A stretch of 64,000 nt of DNA from Candidatus Latescibacterota bacterium (lineage in GTDB: Bacteria > Latescibacterota > UBA2968 > UBA8231), in contig OZ252098.1 in assembly GCA_965248355.1 (NCBI GenBank), positions 3,712,001 through 3,776,000 on the forward strand. The letters run 5' to 3'. The notes under the pieces are model-generated. The model was not told where the DNA came from, did not search any database, and worked only from the letters and a program-made list of their open reading frames with translations. Position numbers and translations under genes: made by a program. Numbering within the stretch: the first letter of the stretch is position 1; each line of letters begins with the position of its first letter. Positions 1 through 10,194 of this stretch are shown in pieces.

Positions 1-134
1 TCCTCTGTCACACGGGATCGCCGAACGTCCGCACCCGCCCCAGGCTGGGCGTCTTCGCGCGCTGGCACCGCACCGACCGCGAGGAGATGAAGTACGACGT
101 GCCCGAGGACCTGTGGAAGTACTGGGCGATCTGA
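1..134 (+). CDS. Partial (C-terminal) PhyH-family Fe(II)/2OG dioxygenase
   Basis: Frame from position 3 reads LCHTGSPNVRTRPRLGVFARW...LWKYWAI-stop (TGA 132-134). The H-x-x-S-x-N...R pattern matches the PhyH distal His and 2OG-binding Arg. Not in the ORF track. Confidence 0.6.
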   Translation, partial: LCHTGSPNVRTRPRLGVFARWHRTDREEMKYDVPEDLWKYWAI

Positions 135-144
135 GCCGCCAGGA

Positions 145-927
145 TCAGGCCGCCAGGGCGCCCTCCCCGAAGACGACGGGGAAGGTGGCGCCGCTGCTGC
201 ACACGGTGGCCGCCTCCATGTAACAGACGCTGAAGGCGCGCCTCGATTGCCGGGTGCCGTTCACGCCCGAGGAGTGCAGCAGGTGGTTGTGCAGCAGCAC
301 CACCTCCCCGACCTCCATCCGCAGGTGCTCGGTATCGGAGCGGGAGGCGATCTCGGCCGCCATCTCCCCGGTGAGGAACCCGGAGCCTTGCTCGGGGTTG
401 AGCAACCGCCGGTGCGACCCGGGCACGATCTGCACGCAGCCGTTCTCCGGGGTCGCCGGGTCCAGCGCCGTCCACACCGTGACCAGGGGATCCCTGTCGA
501 GGGCCGTCCACCGGTCCTGGTGCCAGATCAGGTGCGAGCCGAGTCCGGAGGGCTTGTTCATGAACATGGCGCGGAAGCAGGCCACGGCCGTGTCTTCGCC
601 GTAGGCCCTCTCGCAGATGTGTCGGAACATGGGTTTCTGCAGGTAGGCCAGGAACGACGGGTCGATCTCCAGGTTCTGGATCTTGCGATAGGCCAGGGTT
701 GCGCCCTTGTGCCCCTTCGACTGGGGACCGGGCCTCGAGTCGGGACCGTCGGAGCGGTCCAGCTGCATCATGACCTCGTCGTAGTCGACCTGGGCGGTGC
801 CCATCATGATCTCGTCGATGCGCTGCTGCAGGGCGGCGATCTCGCCGGCTTCGGCCCGGCCCAGAGGCACGTACCCCTGCTTCTGGAAATCGCTCCACTG
901 TCGGTCGGTGATGCGGTCTGCCAGCAT
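145..927 (-). CDS. PhyH-family Fe(II)/2OG dioxygenase
   Basis: WHQD motif, VWTALD...ENGCVQIVPGSH, LLHSSGVN...RRA. ATG at 927 has GGAGG upstream. Confidence 0.9.
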   Translation of the reverse strand: MLADRITDRQWSDFQKQGYVPLGRAEAGEIAALQQRIDEIMMGTAQVDYDEVMMQLDRSDGPDSRPGPQSKGHKGATLAYRKIQNLEIDPSFLAYLQKPMFRHICERAYGEDTAVACFRAMFMNKPSGLGSHLIWHQDRWTALDRDPLVTVWTALDPATPENGCVQIVPGSHRRLLNPEQGSGFLTGEMAAEIASRSDTEHLRMEVGEVVLLHNHLLHSSGVNGTRQSRRAFSVCYMEAATVCSSGATFPVVFGEGALAA

Positions 928-992
928 GGTCTTCCTCCGTCGGCTGTCCCGCACGACTCGCGCGGTCGTTATGAAATGTAAGAGGCCGGCGG

Positions 993-1841
993 TCAGCGCA
1001 CCCCCGGTTCCCCCACCAGCCTCCCGTCGTCATCGAGCACCGGCCGGTTCAGCCGCGCGTGGTACGGGGGCTCCAGGACGGCCCGCTGCTCTGATGTCAT
1101 GCCGGCCAGCATCTCCTCGGGCCAGGGGTTGTAGCCGGTGGCGTAGGCCAGGTTTCCCGGCGACATGCGGAACAGCACGCTGCGGCGGTCGTGGTCCGCC
1201 GTCCAGGGCAGCGTGCCGTGGGTTACGGCCTCGGTGAAGAGCACCGCGTCACCCGCCTTGCACGCGACCTGGCGCACGATCTCCCGGTGCGCTTCCCAGT
1301 TCCTCACCTCCCGCGGACAGGCGTAGTTGCCCTTGTGGCTTCCCGGGATCAGGCACAGACCGCCGTCTCCCGGGTTGGCGTCGGTGAGCTGCCAGGCGAC
1401 CACGGTCAGGCCATTGTGCATCTGCCCGTTCTGGAAGTGGTAGTACTGATGGCGGTCGAAGCCGGGGCCCGAGGAGCCGTGGAGCAGGTGGCCCTCGGCG
1501 CCCTTGCGCATGGAGATCAGGCCGGCGTTGTGGTCGAGGCGCCACCCGGGCCCGAGGATGACGTTCAGGCAGGCCACGACCCGGGGGTGGACGAGCATTT
1601 GCCGGAAGGGATCGCACCACGGCTTCTCCCAGCCCAGGAGCCCGCCCAGGTCGCCGCGCCCCGTGATCCCCTTCAGGACGGTGGACTCCCCCGACAGGGA
1701 GAGCTCGCCGGTGCGCTCGCGGATGCCGTCGGCGTGCCGGTCGACGGCCTCGTTGGCCCGGACCACCTCGGCATCGGACAACACGCCCTCCAGGACGATG
1801 TAACCCTGCAGGTCGAAGAGGTACTTCTCGATCTCGTTCAC
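993..1841 (-). CDS. PhyH-like Fe(II)/2OG oxygenase with H-G-S in place of H-x-D
   Basis: FDLQGYIVL N-terminus, GGLCLIPGSHK, AGDAVLFTEAVTHGT, RRS. First metal motif reads LHGS. Confidence 0.85.
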   Translation of the reverse strand: MNEIEKYLFDLQGYIVLEGVLSDAEVVRANEAVDRHADGIRERTGELSLSGESTVLKGITGRGDLGGLLGWEKPWCDPFRQMLVHPRVVACLNVILGPGWRLDHNAGLISMRKGAEGHLLHGSSGPGFDRHQYYHFQNGQMHNGLTVVAWQLTDANPGDGGLCLIPGSHKGNYACPREVRNWEAHREIVRQVACKAGDAVLFTEAVTHGTLPWTADHDRRSVLFRMSPGNLAYATGYNPWPEEMLAGMTSEQRAVLEPPYHARLNRPVLDDDGRLVGEPGVR

Positions 1842-1942
1842 GTTCTCCTCGATTCGAAAACGGCCGGCTGGCTTGAGTACGCCCTCCCCTATGCGTACGA
1901 TGCGCAGCCTCGCAGGGAAACCCCGGAGCCAGGAGATCCGCA

Positions 1943-2812
1943 GTGATCGTCGACGCCCACATCCACGTCTGGAGTCCCGACCGCGATCGCTATCCCTACG
2001 CTCCCGGCTTCGGCCCCTCGGACCCCTGGATCCCCTCCTTCACGCCGGAGGACCATCAGCGCTGGAGCGAGGCCGTCGGCGAGCCCATGTGCCTGAACCT
2101 GATCCAGATCACCTGGTACGGCCTCGACCACAGCTATATCGTCGACCTCATCGCCTCCGACCCCGACCGCTACGTGGGAACCGGCATCGTCCCCGCGGTC
2201 ACCGACGTCTCCCTCGGCCCGCCGGACCGGGCCATGCTCGATCTGGCCGCCCGCGGGGTGCGCGCCTTCCGCATCCGGGGCCGCGGCGCCCAGCCTGCCT
2301 TCGGCCAGGGGGAGCGCTGGCTCGATCAGGACGGCTACGAGCGCATGTTCGCCGCCGCCTCGAAGCACGGACTCGTCCTCAGCTTCCTCATCGGCCCGCC
2401 CGATCTGGTCGAGGTCGACCGCATGTGCGCGCGCTTCCCGGACGCGCCCGTCATCCTCGACCACGTGGGCGGCGTGCGTGTCCGCGATGGCCGACTCGAT
2501 CCCGCCGAACTGGACCAGCTCCTCACCCTGGCCCGGCACCCGCGCGTATACGTGAAGCTTGGGCCGATCCACGCCCTCGGCGGCGGCCCCCGGCCCTTTG
2601 CAGAGACCGCGCCTCTTCTGGGCGCCGTGGTCTCCGGCTTCGGCGCCGACCGCTGCATGTGGGAGAGCGACAGCGGCGGCCCCGTCCTCATGGCGGATCC
2701 GGCCCAGGACCTGCCGGCCGCCGTCGACACCATCCGCGAGGCCGGCTTCCTCACCGAGGCGGAGAAGCGCGCCATATTGCACACCACGGCCCGCCGCCTT
2801 CTGTGGCCCTGA
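1943..2812 (+). CDS. Amidohydrolase family protein (Amidohydro_2, lactonase-like)
   Basis: IVDAHIHVW, VILDHVG, VYVKL, MWESD motifs. Confidence 0.85.
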   Translation: MIVDAHIHVWSPDRDRYPYAPGFGPSDPWIPSFTPEDHQRWSEAVGEPMCLNLIQITWYGLDHSYIVDLIASDPDRYVGTGIVPAVTDVSLGPPDRAMLDLAARGVRAFRIRGRGAQPAFGQGERWLDQDGYERMFAAASKHGLVLSFLIGPPDLVEVDRMCARFPDAPVILDHVGGVRVRDGRLDPAELDQLLTLARHPRVYVKLGPIHALGGGPRPFAETAPLLGAVVSGFGADRCMWESDSGGPVLMADPAQDLPAAVDTIREAGFLTEAEKRAILHTTARRLLWP

Positions 2813-2896
2813 GCAGGGCCGTGGCCTGAGCGATCGCACCGAGGGGCTTCCGCCTGGGTGCGAACCCACCTCCAACTCAAGGGAGCTTGCGCCCCC

Positions 2897-3781
2897 ATGC
2901 ATCCCATCATCGACACGCACCAGCACCTGTGGGACCTGTCCCGCTTTCGGCTCCCGTGGCTCGACGGCGTGGAGCCCCTCAACCGCAGCTTCCTGCCCGC
3001 CGACTACGCGGCCGCCAGCGAGGGATGTGGCGTGGAACGCACCGTGTACATGGAGGTCGACGTGGCGCCGGAGCAGATCGCCGCCGAGGTCGACCACGTG
3101 GGACAGCTGTGCGCCGACCCGGCCGACCCGATGGCGGCCGCCGTCGTCTCCGGTCGTCCGGCGGGCCCGGGTTTCGCGGGCTGGGTGGGCCACCTCCGCG
3201 AGCGGTCCCACGTGCGCGGAGTGCGCCAGATCCTGCATGCCGATGCTCCCCCAAGGACCTGCCTGCAGGAGGCCTTCGTCAACGGCGTGCGCCAACTCGG
3301 CGATACCGGCCTGGGCTTCGACCTCTGCCTGCGCCCTTCCGAGCTGGCCGATGCCGTGACCCTGGCCGAGCGCTGCCCCGGGACCCTGCTCATCCTCGAC
3401 CACTGCGGCAACGCCGATCCCTCCATCGTCGCCGGCGCCGCCGAGCCGGGGGAGGGTCCCTTTGGCCACACGGCCGGCCAGTGGCGGGACGGCATCTCCG
3501 CCCTGGGGCAACGGCCCAACCTGGTCTGCAAGATCTCCGGAATCGCCGCCCGGGCGCCCGAGGGCTGGTCGGCCGATCTCCTGGCCCCCACCGTCGACCA
3601 CTGCCTGGATGCCTTCCCCCCCGACCGCGTCGTCTTCGGCGGCGACTGGCCGGTCTGCACCCTGGGCGCCAGCCTGGGGGAGTGGGTTCGGGCCCTGCGC
3701 CTGATCATCGCCTCCCGCTCCGACGAGGACCAGCGGGCTCTGCTGCACGGAAACGCGGCGCGCCTCTACCGGCTGGACTGA
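2897..3781 (+). CDS. Amidohydrolase family protein (L-fuconolactonase-like)
   Basis: IIDTHQHLWD, LILDHCG, CKISG, FGGDWPV, NAARLY motifs. Confidence 0.88.
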   Translation: MHPIIDTHQHLWDLSRFRLPWLDGVEPLNRSFLPADYAAASEGCGVERTVYMEVDVAPEQIAAEVDHVGQLCADPADPMAAAVVSGRPAGPGFAGWVGHLRERSHVRGVRQILHADAPPRTCLQEAFVNGVRQLGDTGLGFDLCLRPSELADAVTLAERCPGTLLILDHCGNADPSIVAGAAEPGEGPFGHTAGQWRDGISALGQRPNLVCKISGIAARAPEGWSADLLAPTVDHCLDAFPPDRVVFGGDWPVCTLGASLGEWVRALRLIIASRSDEDQRALLHGNAARLYRLD

Positions 3782-3785
3782 GGCC

Positions 3786-4778
3786 TCAGCGCTCCGGGGG
3801 TATCGGCACCGGCCGGTGCCCTTCCTGCTGCGACTGCAGGAATCCGGAGATCACCTCCACCACGCGCTGCGCCTCCCGTCCGGTGGAGGCCGGGGGACGC
3901 CCCTCGCGCACGGCTCGCACCAGACTCTGCATGCCGGCCTCGATCCCCGACACCGGCCACTCCGGGGCCACCAGGGGCTCCGCCTCCTCGCCGCGGAAGA
4001 GTTGCCCGTCGTCGGTGCCGGACAACAGCACCCGGCCGGTGGACCCGATGACCTCGGTGGTGGACTTCGGCCCCGGCGTCGTCTTCGAGCCGCCGGCGTA
4101 GAAGGCGCGGACGCCGTTGGCGAACCGGATCAGGCCGTAGGCGCCCGGCTCGGTGGCCGGGTCGTGGCCGCCGTCGCCGCGGTATTCGGTGTAGTCCTCG
4201 TACCCGGTCTCCAGGTCCGCCAGCACCCATTCCGGGGCCGAATCCGCGTACCAGCAGATGGCGTCGATGGAGTGGGTCCCGTTGCGGTACAGCATCGCCC
4301 GGCCTCCCCGCAGGGAGCCGACGATGTACTGCACCTCGCCGATCTCGCCCGCCTCGATCAGCTCCTTGGCGTGCGCCCACATGGGCAGGAACCGCCGCGT
4401 GTGGTCCACGGACAGGACGGTGCCGTTGCTCTCGCAGGCCGCCACCATGCGGGCGGCGTCCTCGACCGTCGTCGCCAGCGGCTTCTCGCAGAAGATGCCC
4501 CTGACCCCGGCCTCCGCGGCATCGACGACCAGCTGGGCGTGGGCATTGTCCCCCGTGGCCACGGAGACGATGTCCAGGGACTGCTCGTCGAGCATGCGGC
4601 GATGGCTGGTGTAGCGTTTCAGCCCTGGCCAGGTCTCCTGCCAGCGCCGGCCGAACTCGTCCAGCTGGTCCGTGGACAGGTCGCAGGCCGCCACGACCTC
4701 CGCGTCCTCGAGCCCGGCGATGCCCTGGGCGTGCCGCACGCCGATGCCGCGGCAGCCGATCACTCCCACTCGGTCCAT
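3786..4778 (-). CDS. Gfo/Idh/MocA family oxidoreductase
   Basis: VGVIGCRGIG Rossmann start, CEKPLA, NGTHSID. ATG at 4778 follows a GAGGAG RBS. Confidence 0.9.
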   Translation of the reverse strand: MDRVGVIGCRGIGVRHAQGIAGLEDAEVVAACDLSTDQLDEFGRRWQETWPGLKRYTSHRRMLDEQSLDIVSVATGDNAHAQLVVDAAEAGVRGIFCEKPLATTVEDAARMVAACESNGTVLSVDHTRRFLPMWAHAKELIEAGEIGEVQYIVGSLRGGRAMLYRNGTHSIDAICWYADSAPEWVLADLETGYEDYTEYRGDGGHDPATEPGAYGLIRFANGVRAFYAGGSKTTPGPKSTTEVIGSTGRVLLSGTDDGQLFRGEEAEPLVAPEWPVSGIEAGMQSLVRAVREGRPPASTGREAQRVVEVISGFLQSQQEGHRPVPIPPER

Positions 4779-4807
4779 CTGTCTCTCCTCTTCGTTGGGG
4801 AATCCCT

Positions 4808-6490
4808 TCAGCGGGACGGCACGACGGGCAAGCGCAGCCGGCTCGGGCAGGCCCTGGAGTGGTGGACGGACTGCTGCGCCCGCCGCAGCCCCGCGTCCAT
4901 GCCGTAGGGGTGGCTTGTGTTGGGGTTGCGATCGAATCGGGGGAAGTTGCTCGACGAGACCTCCAGGCGGATCCGGTGTCCCCGCCGGAAAACGTTGGCC
5001 GTCACCCCGACCTCGATCCGGTACTCGTACACCTTTCCGGCCTCCAGCATGCTCGCCTGCTCCCGGCTCTCCCGGTAGCGGCCCCGCCGGATGCCGTCGC
5101 ACAGGTTCATGGCGTAGCCGCTGGGAGAGACATCGACGAGCTTGGCCGTGAAGTCGGTGTCCGGGCCGTCGGTGGCCGCGTAGAGCACGGCCTCCACCGG
5201 TCCGATCACCTCGAGGTCCTGCTCGAGGACCGGACTCGTGTAGACCAGCACGTCCCCCCGCATCTCCAGGGGCCGCTGATCGTGGGGCCCCCACGGCACG
5301 ATGTGGGGTGAGCAGCAGTTGTTGCCGCCCAGCGTCTGCACCGGGTGCTCGGGGTCGTAGACGAACCCGTCTGCCGGCTCGTCCCCCGGCGCCTCCCGGC
5401 CCAGCGCGCCGTCACCGAGGACCGAGTTGGCCCGGCCGCCGGAGTGCAGGTGCCAGTCCTGCCAGTCGGTGCGCGCCAGGGGCCACTCGTGCTCGGCCCG
5501 CCACTCGTTGACGCCCATGACGAACAGGCGCAGCGGCGGCTCCTCGGCGATGCCGTTGTCACGGCCCTTGAGCCAGTGGTCGAACCAGCGCAGCTCCTCC
5601 TGCTCCAGGTCCACCAGGGAGCTCTCGCCGAAGTCGATGTCGCCCGTGCGCGTGGAGGTGCTCAGCGAGTGGGGCCAGGGACCGACGATCAGCCGGCTGC
5701 GGCGGGCCTCCTCGGAGCCGCCGCCCAGCCGCAACCCGTTGAAGTTGGAGAAGGTCTGGTTCGCGTAGAGGTCGTACCACCCGCCCATGTTGAAGGCCGG
5801 CGCCTGGATGCTGTCCCACTTCGGCTCGTCGTCCATGGCCGCCCAGTAGTCGTCGTAGGCCGGATGGGTGATCCAGTCCTTCCAGAACGGCAGCCGCCGG
5901 CCGCCGGCCGAATCCATGTCGACCACCGGCAGCGAGCGGAAGGCCTCGGTCCAGTTGTGGAAGTCGATATCCTGTCCGGTGCGCGCGTGGGTGCGCATGC
6001 CCCAGGTCATGGCAACGTTCAGCTGCAGGGCCCCTCCGGGGTACAGCAGCCCCCCGTGGTAGTCGGTGCAGATCACCCGCGGCGCCATGCACCTGAGGAA
6101 CCGGCTGGCCAGCGGCGCCGGGCGCCACTGGGTGGTGCCCACGTAGGAGGCGCCGGCGGTGCCGATGCGGCCGTTGCACCAGGGCTGGGCGCCGATCCAC
6201 TCCTGGGTGTCGAAGCCGTCCTCGGCCTCGTTGAGGAATGGGTAGTACTCGCCATCGGAGTCCCAGCGGCCCCGGCAGTCGCCGATGACGCAGGCGTAGC
6301 CCGAGCCGGCCAGCCGCCGGCCCTTCTCGATCATGACCTCGATGCTGTTGCTGTACGGGGTCCGCATCAGCACGGCGGGCACCGCACCGGCATCGCGGGG
6401 CAGGTAGATGTCGGCCGACAGCTCGACCCCGTCGCGCATCGGCACCCTGACGTCGACCAGGCGGTCGACCCGGTAGGTGTGGCTGCTCAT
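4808..6490 (-). CDS. CocE/NonD family serine hydrolase
   Basis: MRDGVELSADIYLP, RTPY, GASYVG nucleophile elbow, GGWYD, GPWPH, SSNFPRFDRN. Confidence 0.93.
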   Translation of the reverse strand: MSSHTYRVDRLVDVRVPMRDGVELSADIYLPRDAGAVPAVLMRTPYSNSIEVMIEKGRRLAGSGYACVIGDCRGRWDSDGEYYPFLNEAEDGFDTQEWIGAQPWCNGRIGTAGASYVGTTQWRPAPLASRFLRCMAPRVICTDYHGGLLYPGGALQLNVAMTWGMRTHARTGQDIDFHNWTEAFRSLPVVDMDSAGGRRLPFWKDWITHPAYDDYWAAMDDEPKWDSIQAPAFNMGGWYDLYANQTFSNFNGLRLGGGSEEARRSRLIVGPWPHSLSTSTRTGDIDFGESSLVDLEQEELRWFDHWLKGRDNGIAEEPPLRLFVMGVNEWRAEHEWPLARTDWQDWHLHSGGRANSVLGDGALGREAPGDEPADGFVYDPEHPVQTLGGNNCCSPHIVPWGPHDQRPLEMRGDVLVYTSPVLEQDLEVIGPVEAVLYAATDGPDTDFTAKLVDVSPSGYAMNLCDGIRRGRYRESREQASMLEAGKVYEYRIEVGVTANVFRRGHRIRLEVSSSNFPRFDRNPNTSHPYGMDAGLRRAQQSVHHSRACPSRLRLPVVPSR

Positions 6491-6590
6491 GGCCTTCTCT
6501 GCCCTTTCTGATCGTCGGGGTTCCGGGAGGAGGCGGCGTCAGATACTGCTTCGGCGGATTGCCCGTGCACGCCTTCCCCGCCGCGCCGCG

Positions 6591-7382
6591 TCACGTGGTC
6601 CACGAGGTGAGGCGCGGCATCAGGAGGCGCCCGCCTCGCGCCAGCGGCAGGCCCGCGAAGGCGCACCGGTTGTTCCACTCGTCGACGGCTTCCATCGTCT
6701 TGTACTCGTTGATGATGGCGTTGCGGCTGCGATCCGTGTAGTTGTGCCCGGCGCGGTGAACCGCGAGCACGTGAATAATGACCACGTCCCCGGCCTGGGC
6801 CCTGCACACCACCCGCCGGGACTCGTCCACATCCTCCTGGACCAGGGTCGACTGCCCCTCCGCCGTGGGCAGGGCCTGGCGATGGCTGCCCGGGATCGCC
6901 TCGGTGGCTCCGGCCTCGACATCGGTCGGATCGAGATAGGTGATGGCCGCGGCCAGTCCGGGCTCCGAGTGCCGCTCGTAGGGCCAGTCCTGGTGCCAGC
7001 CCTGCCCGGCCACGAACCCGGGGGGCTTGTTGCGCACCTTGCCGTTGTGGAAGTCCAGGTTGGGGCCCAGGCAGTCCACCAGCACCGAGACCACGCGCGG
7101 CTCCGTGAACTGGTCGAACCAGAAGTCCCCGGCCAGGGTCTGGTCCATCATTCCGACCACGTTCTTCGGGTTGAACCCGTCCGGCTCGTATCCCGGAGGC
7201 GGCTCCATGAAGGAATAGCTCATGTTCCCGGGCCGGCCCTCCGTGCGGGTCACCAGGTCGTGGTACTGCCGCCGGAGCTCCTCCAGCGACGCGCCCCGGT
7301 AGAATTCAGACAGGTGGAGATACCCGTTTTCCTCGAAGAACGTCTTCTGCTCGGGAGTCAGGATCTTCAGCTCATCCCTCAT
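6591..7382 (-). CDS. PhyH-family Fe(II)/2OG dioxygenase
   Basis: FFEENGYL, WHQD, IPGSH, AGDVVIIH...VHRAGHN...R. Confidence 0.9.
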   Translation of the reverse strand: MRDELKILTPEQKTFFEENGYLHLSEFYRGASLEELRRQYHDLVTRTEGRPGNMSYSFMEPPPGYEPDGFNPKNVVGMMDQTLAGDFWFDQFTEPRVVSVLVDCLGPNLDFHNGKVRNKPPGFVAGQGWHQDWPYERHSEPGLAAAITYLDPTDVEAGATEAIPGSHRQALPTAEGQSTLVQEDVDESRRVVCRAQAGDVVIIHVLAVHRAGHNYTDRSRNAIINEYKTMEAVDEWNNRCAFAGLPLARGGRLLMPRLTSWTT

Positions 7383-7397
7383 CTCAGCCCCCGAGCC

Positions 7398-8507
7398 CTA
7401 GGATCCGACTCGCTCGGTCCGGACCGTGTACCGCTCCAGCACCTCCCGGTCGATCTCGATGCCCAGACCCGGACCGGAAGGAACCGCCAGGGAGCCGTCC
7501 ACGACCTCGAACCGCTCCCTGGCCAGGTCGGTGCGCAGCGCGTTCTCCGTCATGTCGAACTCGAGGAGGCAGGGCTCCGGGAACAGACCGGGAGCATCGG
7601 GGATCGTGGCCTGCCAGTGCAGGGTGGCCGCCAGGCGAATGGAGGTGCCCCACATGTGAGGCAGTACCTGGACGCCGTGAGCCGAGGCCAGTGCTGCCAC
7701 TTGCCGGCAGACCGTAAACCCTCCTGCTATCGAAATATCGGGCTGGACGATATCAAGAGCCCGTTTCGTGACCAGATCACGGAAGGCACTCAGCCCCTCA
7801 AGGGCCTCTCCCCCGGCGATCCGCAGGCCGGAGGCGGCCCGGATCTCGCGGTAGGCCTCGACCTCCGTGGGCGGGACCGGCTCCTCGTACCAGTAGATGC
7901 TCTGCTCCGATATGCTCCGCATGGATTCGAGCGCTGTGCTCCGGTCGTAGGCACAGTTGGCGTCCACGGCCAGCAGCACGCCGGAGCCGATGGCCTGCCG
8001 CACCGCCGCCACCCTGGCGGCGTCGTTCCGGGGGCCGTGACCGATCTTCATCTTCACGGCGGGAAACCCGGCCTCGGCGTAACCGGCGGCCTCCGCCTCC
8101 AGCCCCATGACGGGATCGCTCTCCGAAAGCAGGAACAGGCCGCTGGCGTAGGCGGGCACCCGCTCGCGCACGGCCCCGCCGAGGAGTTGATGGCAGGGCC
8201 GCCCGACCGCCTTTCCCATCAGGTCGAAGAGGGCGATGTCCACGGCGCTGACCTGGGCCATGGAGGCGCCCGCCGCCGCCAGGTCCCGGCCGATAACGCC
8301 GGCGTCGAAGGGATCCCGCCCGATCAGCCAGTCGGCGAGCACGCCGGGCGAAGGAGCCCGCACCCCCTCTCCCCACCCCGTCAGGCCCTCATCCGTGATC
8401 ACCTCGACGACCCCCGCCGTCCTCGCGCGATTCCAGGTCGTGGAGTTGGCGAACTCCCGCTTCACCGGGTATCGCAGGTCGTAGGTATGGACGGTCTGGA
8501 TTCTCAC
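7398..8507 (-). CDS. Mandelate racemase/muconate lactonizing enzyme family (enolase superfamily)
   Basis: GLTGWGE, VDIALFDLMGK, KMKIG, DAN, EEP, GGE, QPD, PH motifs. GTG start at 8507 is inferred. Confidence 0.9.
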   Translation of the reverse strand: MRIQTVHTYDLRYPVKREFANSTTWNRARTAGVVEVITDEGLTGWGEGVRAPSPGVLADWLIGRDPFDAGVIGRDLAAAGASMAQVSAVDIALFDLMGKAVGRPCHQLLGGAVRERVPAYASGLFLLSESDPVMGLEAEAAGYAEAGFPAVKMKIGHGPRNDAARVAAVRQAIGSGVLLAVDANCAYDRSTALESMRSISEQSIYWYEEPVPPTEVEAYREIRAASGLRIAGGEALEGLSAFRDLVTKRALDIVQPDISIAGGFTVCRQVAALASAHGVQVLPHMWGTSIRLAATLHWQATIPDAPGLFPEPCLLEFDMTENALRTDLARERFEVVDGSLAVPSGPGLGIEIDREVLERYTVRTERVGS

Positions 8508-8802
8508 GCTCTTCTCTCGCGGGGATCCGGTGCCATTGGAGCACGATCCGACACCTGACCACACTGTCGGACGGCACCGCCTGGCCGGCTTCGCTTCCCT
8601 CAATTGGGGTAGTATAGCGCCATCGACGCAGCTGACCACCGCAGGGCCGGTGGTAGACACGAACCTTGGAATCAATCCGTGGTGTCCGGTGTCCAATAAG
8701 ACACTTGATGCGTTGTCACATCGTGGTGCCCGGTGTCATCAACTTCCTTACCTTGGGCGCCACCAGGGCTTGGCACTTGGTCCGTCCGTAATCTGGGAAT
8801 CC

Positions 8803-10185
8803 ATGTTCACCGCCCTCCTCCTGCGCGAGCTGCACTCCCACCTGCTCACCTACCGCTTCGCCCTGACGGCGGTGCTGCTGTCCGTCCTCGTCATCGGCTC
8901 GACGCTGGTCCTCGGCCTCAACTACGACCGCCGGCTCGACGCCTACTCCGAGGCCAAGGCGGCCCGCGAGCAGCGCCTGGAGGAGTCCGTGGACTTCCGA
9001 ACCCTGCGGTGGCGGGGGACCCAGCACGAGAAGCCGCCTAACGCCCTCTCCGTGTTCACCGTCGGCCTCGAGCGCGAGCTGTCCCGCTCGGTCACCATCT
9101 CCCGGAGGGAGTCCGAGCTCGGCCGCAGCAAGTTCGCCAACGCCTTGTACACCCTGTTTCCGCCGCCGGACCTGCTCTACATCGTCAACATCGTCGGCTC
9201 CCTTTTGGCCATGCTCTTCGCCTTCAACGCAATTTCCGGGGATCACGAGGAAGGTACCCTCCGGCTGGTCATGTCCAACGCCGTGGCGCGGCATACCGTG
9301 CTGCTGTCGAAATGGCTGGGGGGGTACCTCGCCCTGATGGCGCCATTCCTGGCTGCCGTCCTCCTCGGACTGCTGCTCGCCACCCTGCTCACCTCCTTCG
9401 AGCTCGGCGCCGGCGAATGGGCCGCCTTTGCCGGCATGCTCGGAGTGGCGGCCCTCTACCTGTCCCTGTTCTTCACCCTGGCTCTCGCCATCTCCGTGTA
9501 CACCCGGCGCTCCTCCACCTCGCTCGTAACCGGGTTCCTCGTCTGGGTTCTGCTCGTGCTCGCCGTGCCCAACGTCGCGCCCATCGTCGCAAGGGCCGCG
9601 GTCCCGATACCGTCGCCGGGCGCCATCGCCGGTGAGCGCGAGGCGATCCGTCGGGCCTCGTGGTCACAGTTGCGGGGCCGGGACTGGCGCGGCATGAGCC
9701 GCGAGCAGCGCGACGAGCTGCGCCGGCAGGCGGAGGCGGAGGCCGACGAGAAGACCGGCCGCCTGTTGGACGACTATGCCCGCCGTCTCGAGGGGCAGGT
9801 GGCGGCCGGCGTCGCCCTGGCCCGGATTTCGCCGTCCTCCAGCTACGTCTACGCCACCGCGTCGCTGGCCGGTGCGGGGCTCGAGGACTACGCCGGCCTG
9901 CGGACCTTCATCGACCGCTACCGGGACCGGAACCTCGAGGCCCTGGCCGCCATCGAGCGGGAGCGGCGTCTGCTCGCCGAGGGGGTTCAGGATCAGGAGG
10001 AGCGGAACGAGATCCTGGAGGCCCCTATCGATCCGGACGACCTTCCCGCCTTCGCGCCCCCCCGGCGGCCCCTCGTGGATGTACTGACCAGCAACTATGT
10101 CGACCTGCTGGTGCTGATCGTCCTCAACGGGGTCTTCTTCCTGGCCGCCTATGTCGGTTTCCTGCGGTTCGATCTCGTGGACTGA
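8803..10185 (+). CDS. ABC-2 type transporter permease
   Basis: Multiple TM segments; AISGDHEEGTLRLVMSNAVARHTVLLSKWLG is typical of ABC2_membrane_2. ATG at 8803 is inferred. Confidence 0.85.
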   Translation: MFTALLLRELHSHLLTYRFALTAVLLSVLVIGSTLVLGLNYDRRLDAYSEAKAAREQRLEESVDFRTLRWRGTQHEKPPNALSVFTVGLERELSRSVTISRRESELGRSKFANALYTLFPPPDLLYIVNIVGSLLAMLFAFNAISGDHEEGTLRLVMSNAVARHTVLLSKWLGGYLALMAPFLAAVLLGLLLATLLTSFELGAGEWAAFAGMLGVAALYLSLFFTLALAISVYTRRSSTSLVTGFLVWVLLVLAVPNVAPIVARAAVPIPSPGAIAGEREAIRRASWSQLRGRDWRGMSREQRDELRRQAEAEADEKTGRLLDDYARRLEGQVAAGVALARISPSSSYVYATASLAGAGLEDYAGLRTFIDRYRDRNLEALAAIERERRLLAEGVQDQEERNEILEAPIDPDDLPAFAPPRRPLVDVLTSNYVDLLVLIVLNGVFFLAAYVGFLRFDLVD

Positions 10186-10194
10186 GCCGAAGCC

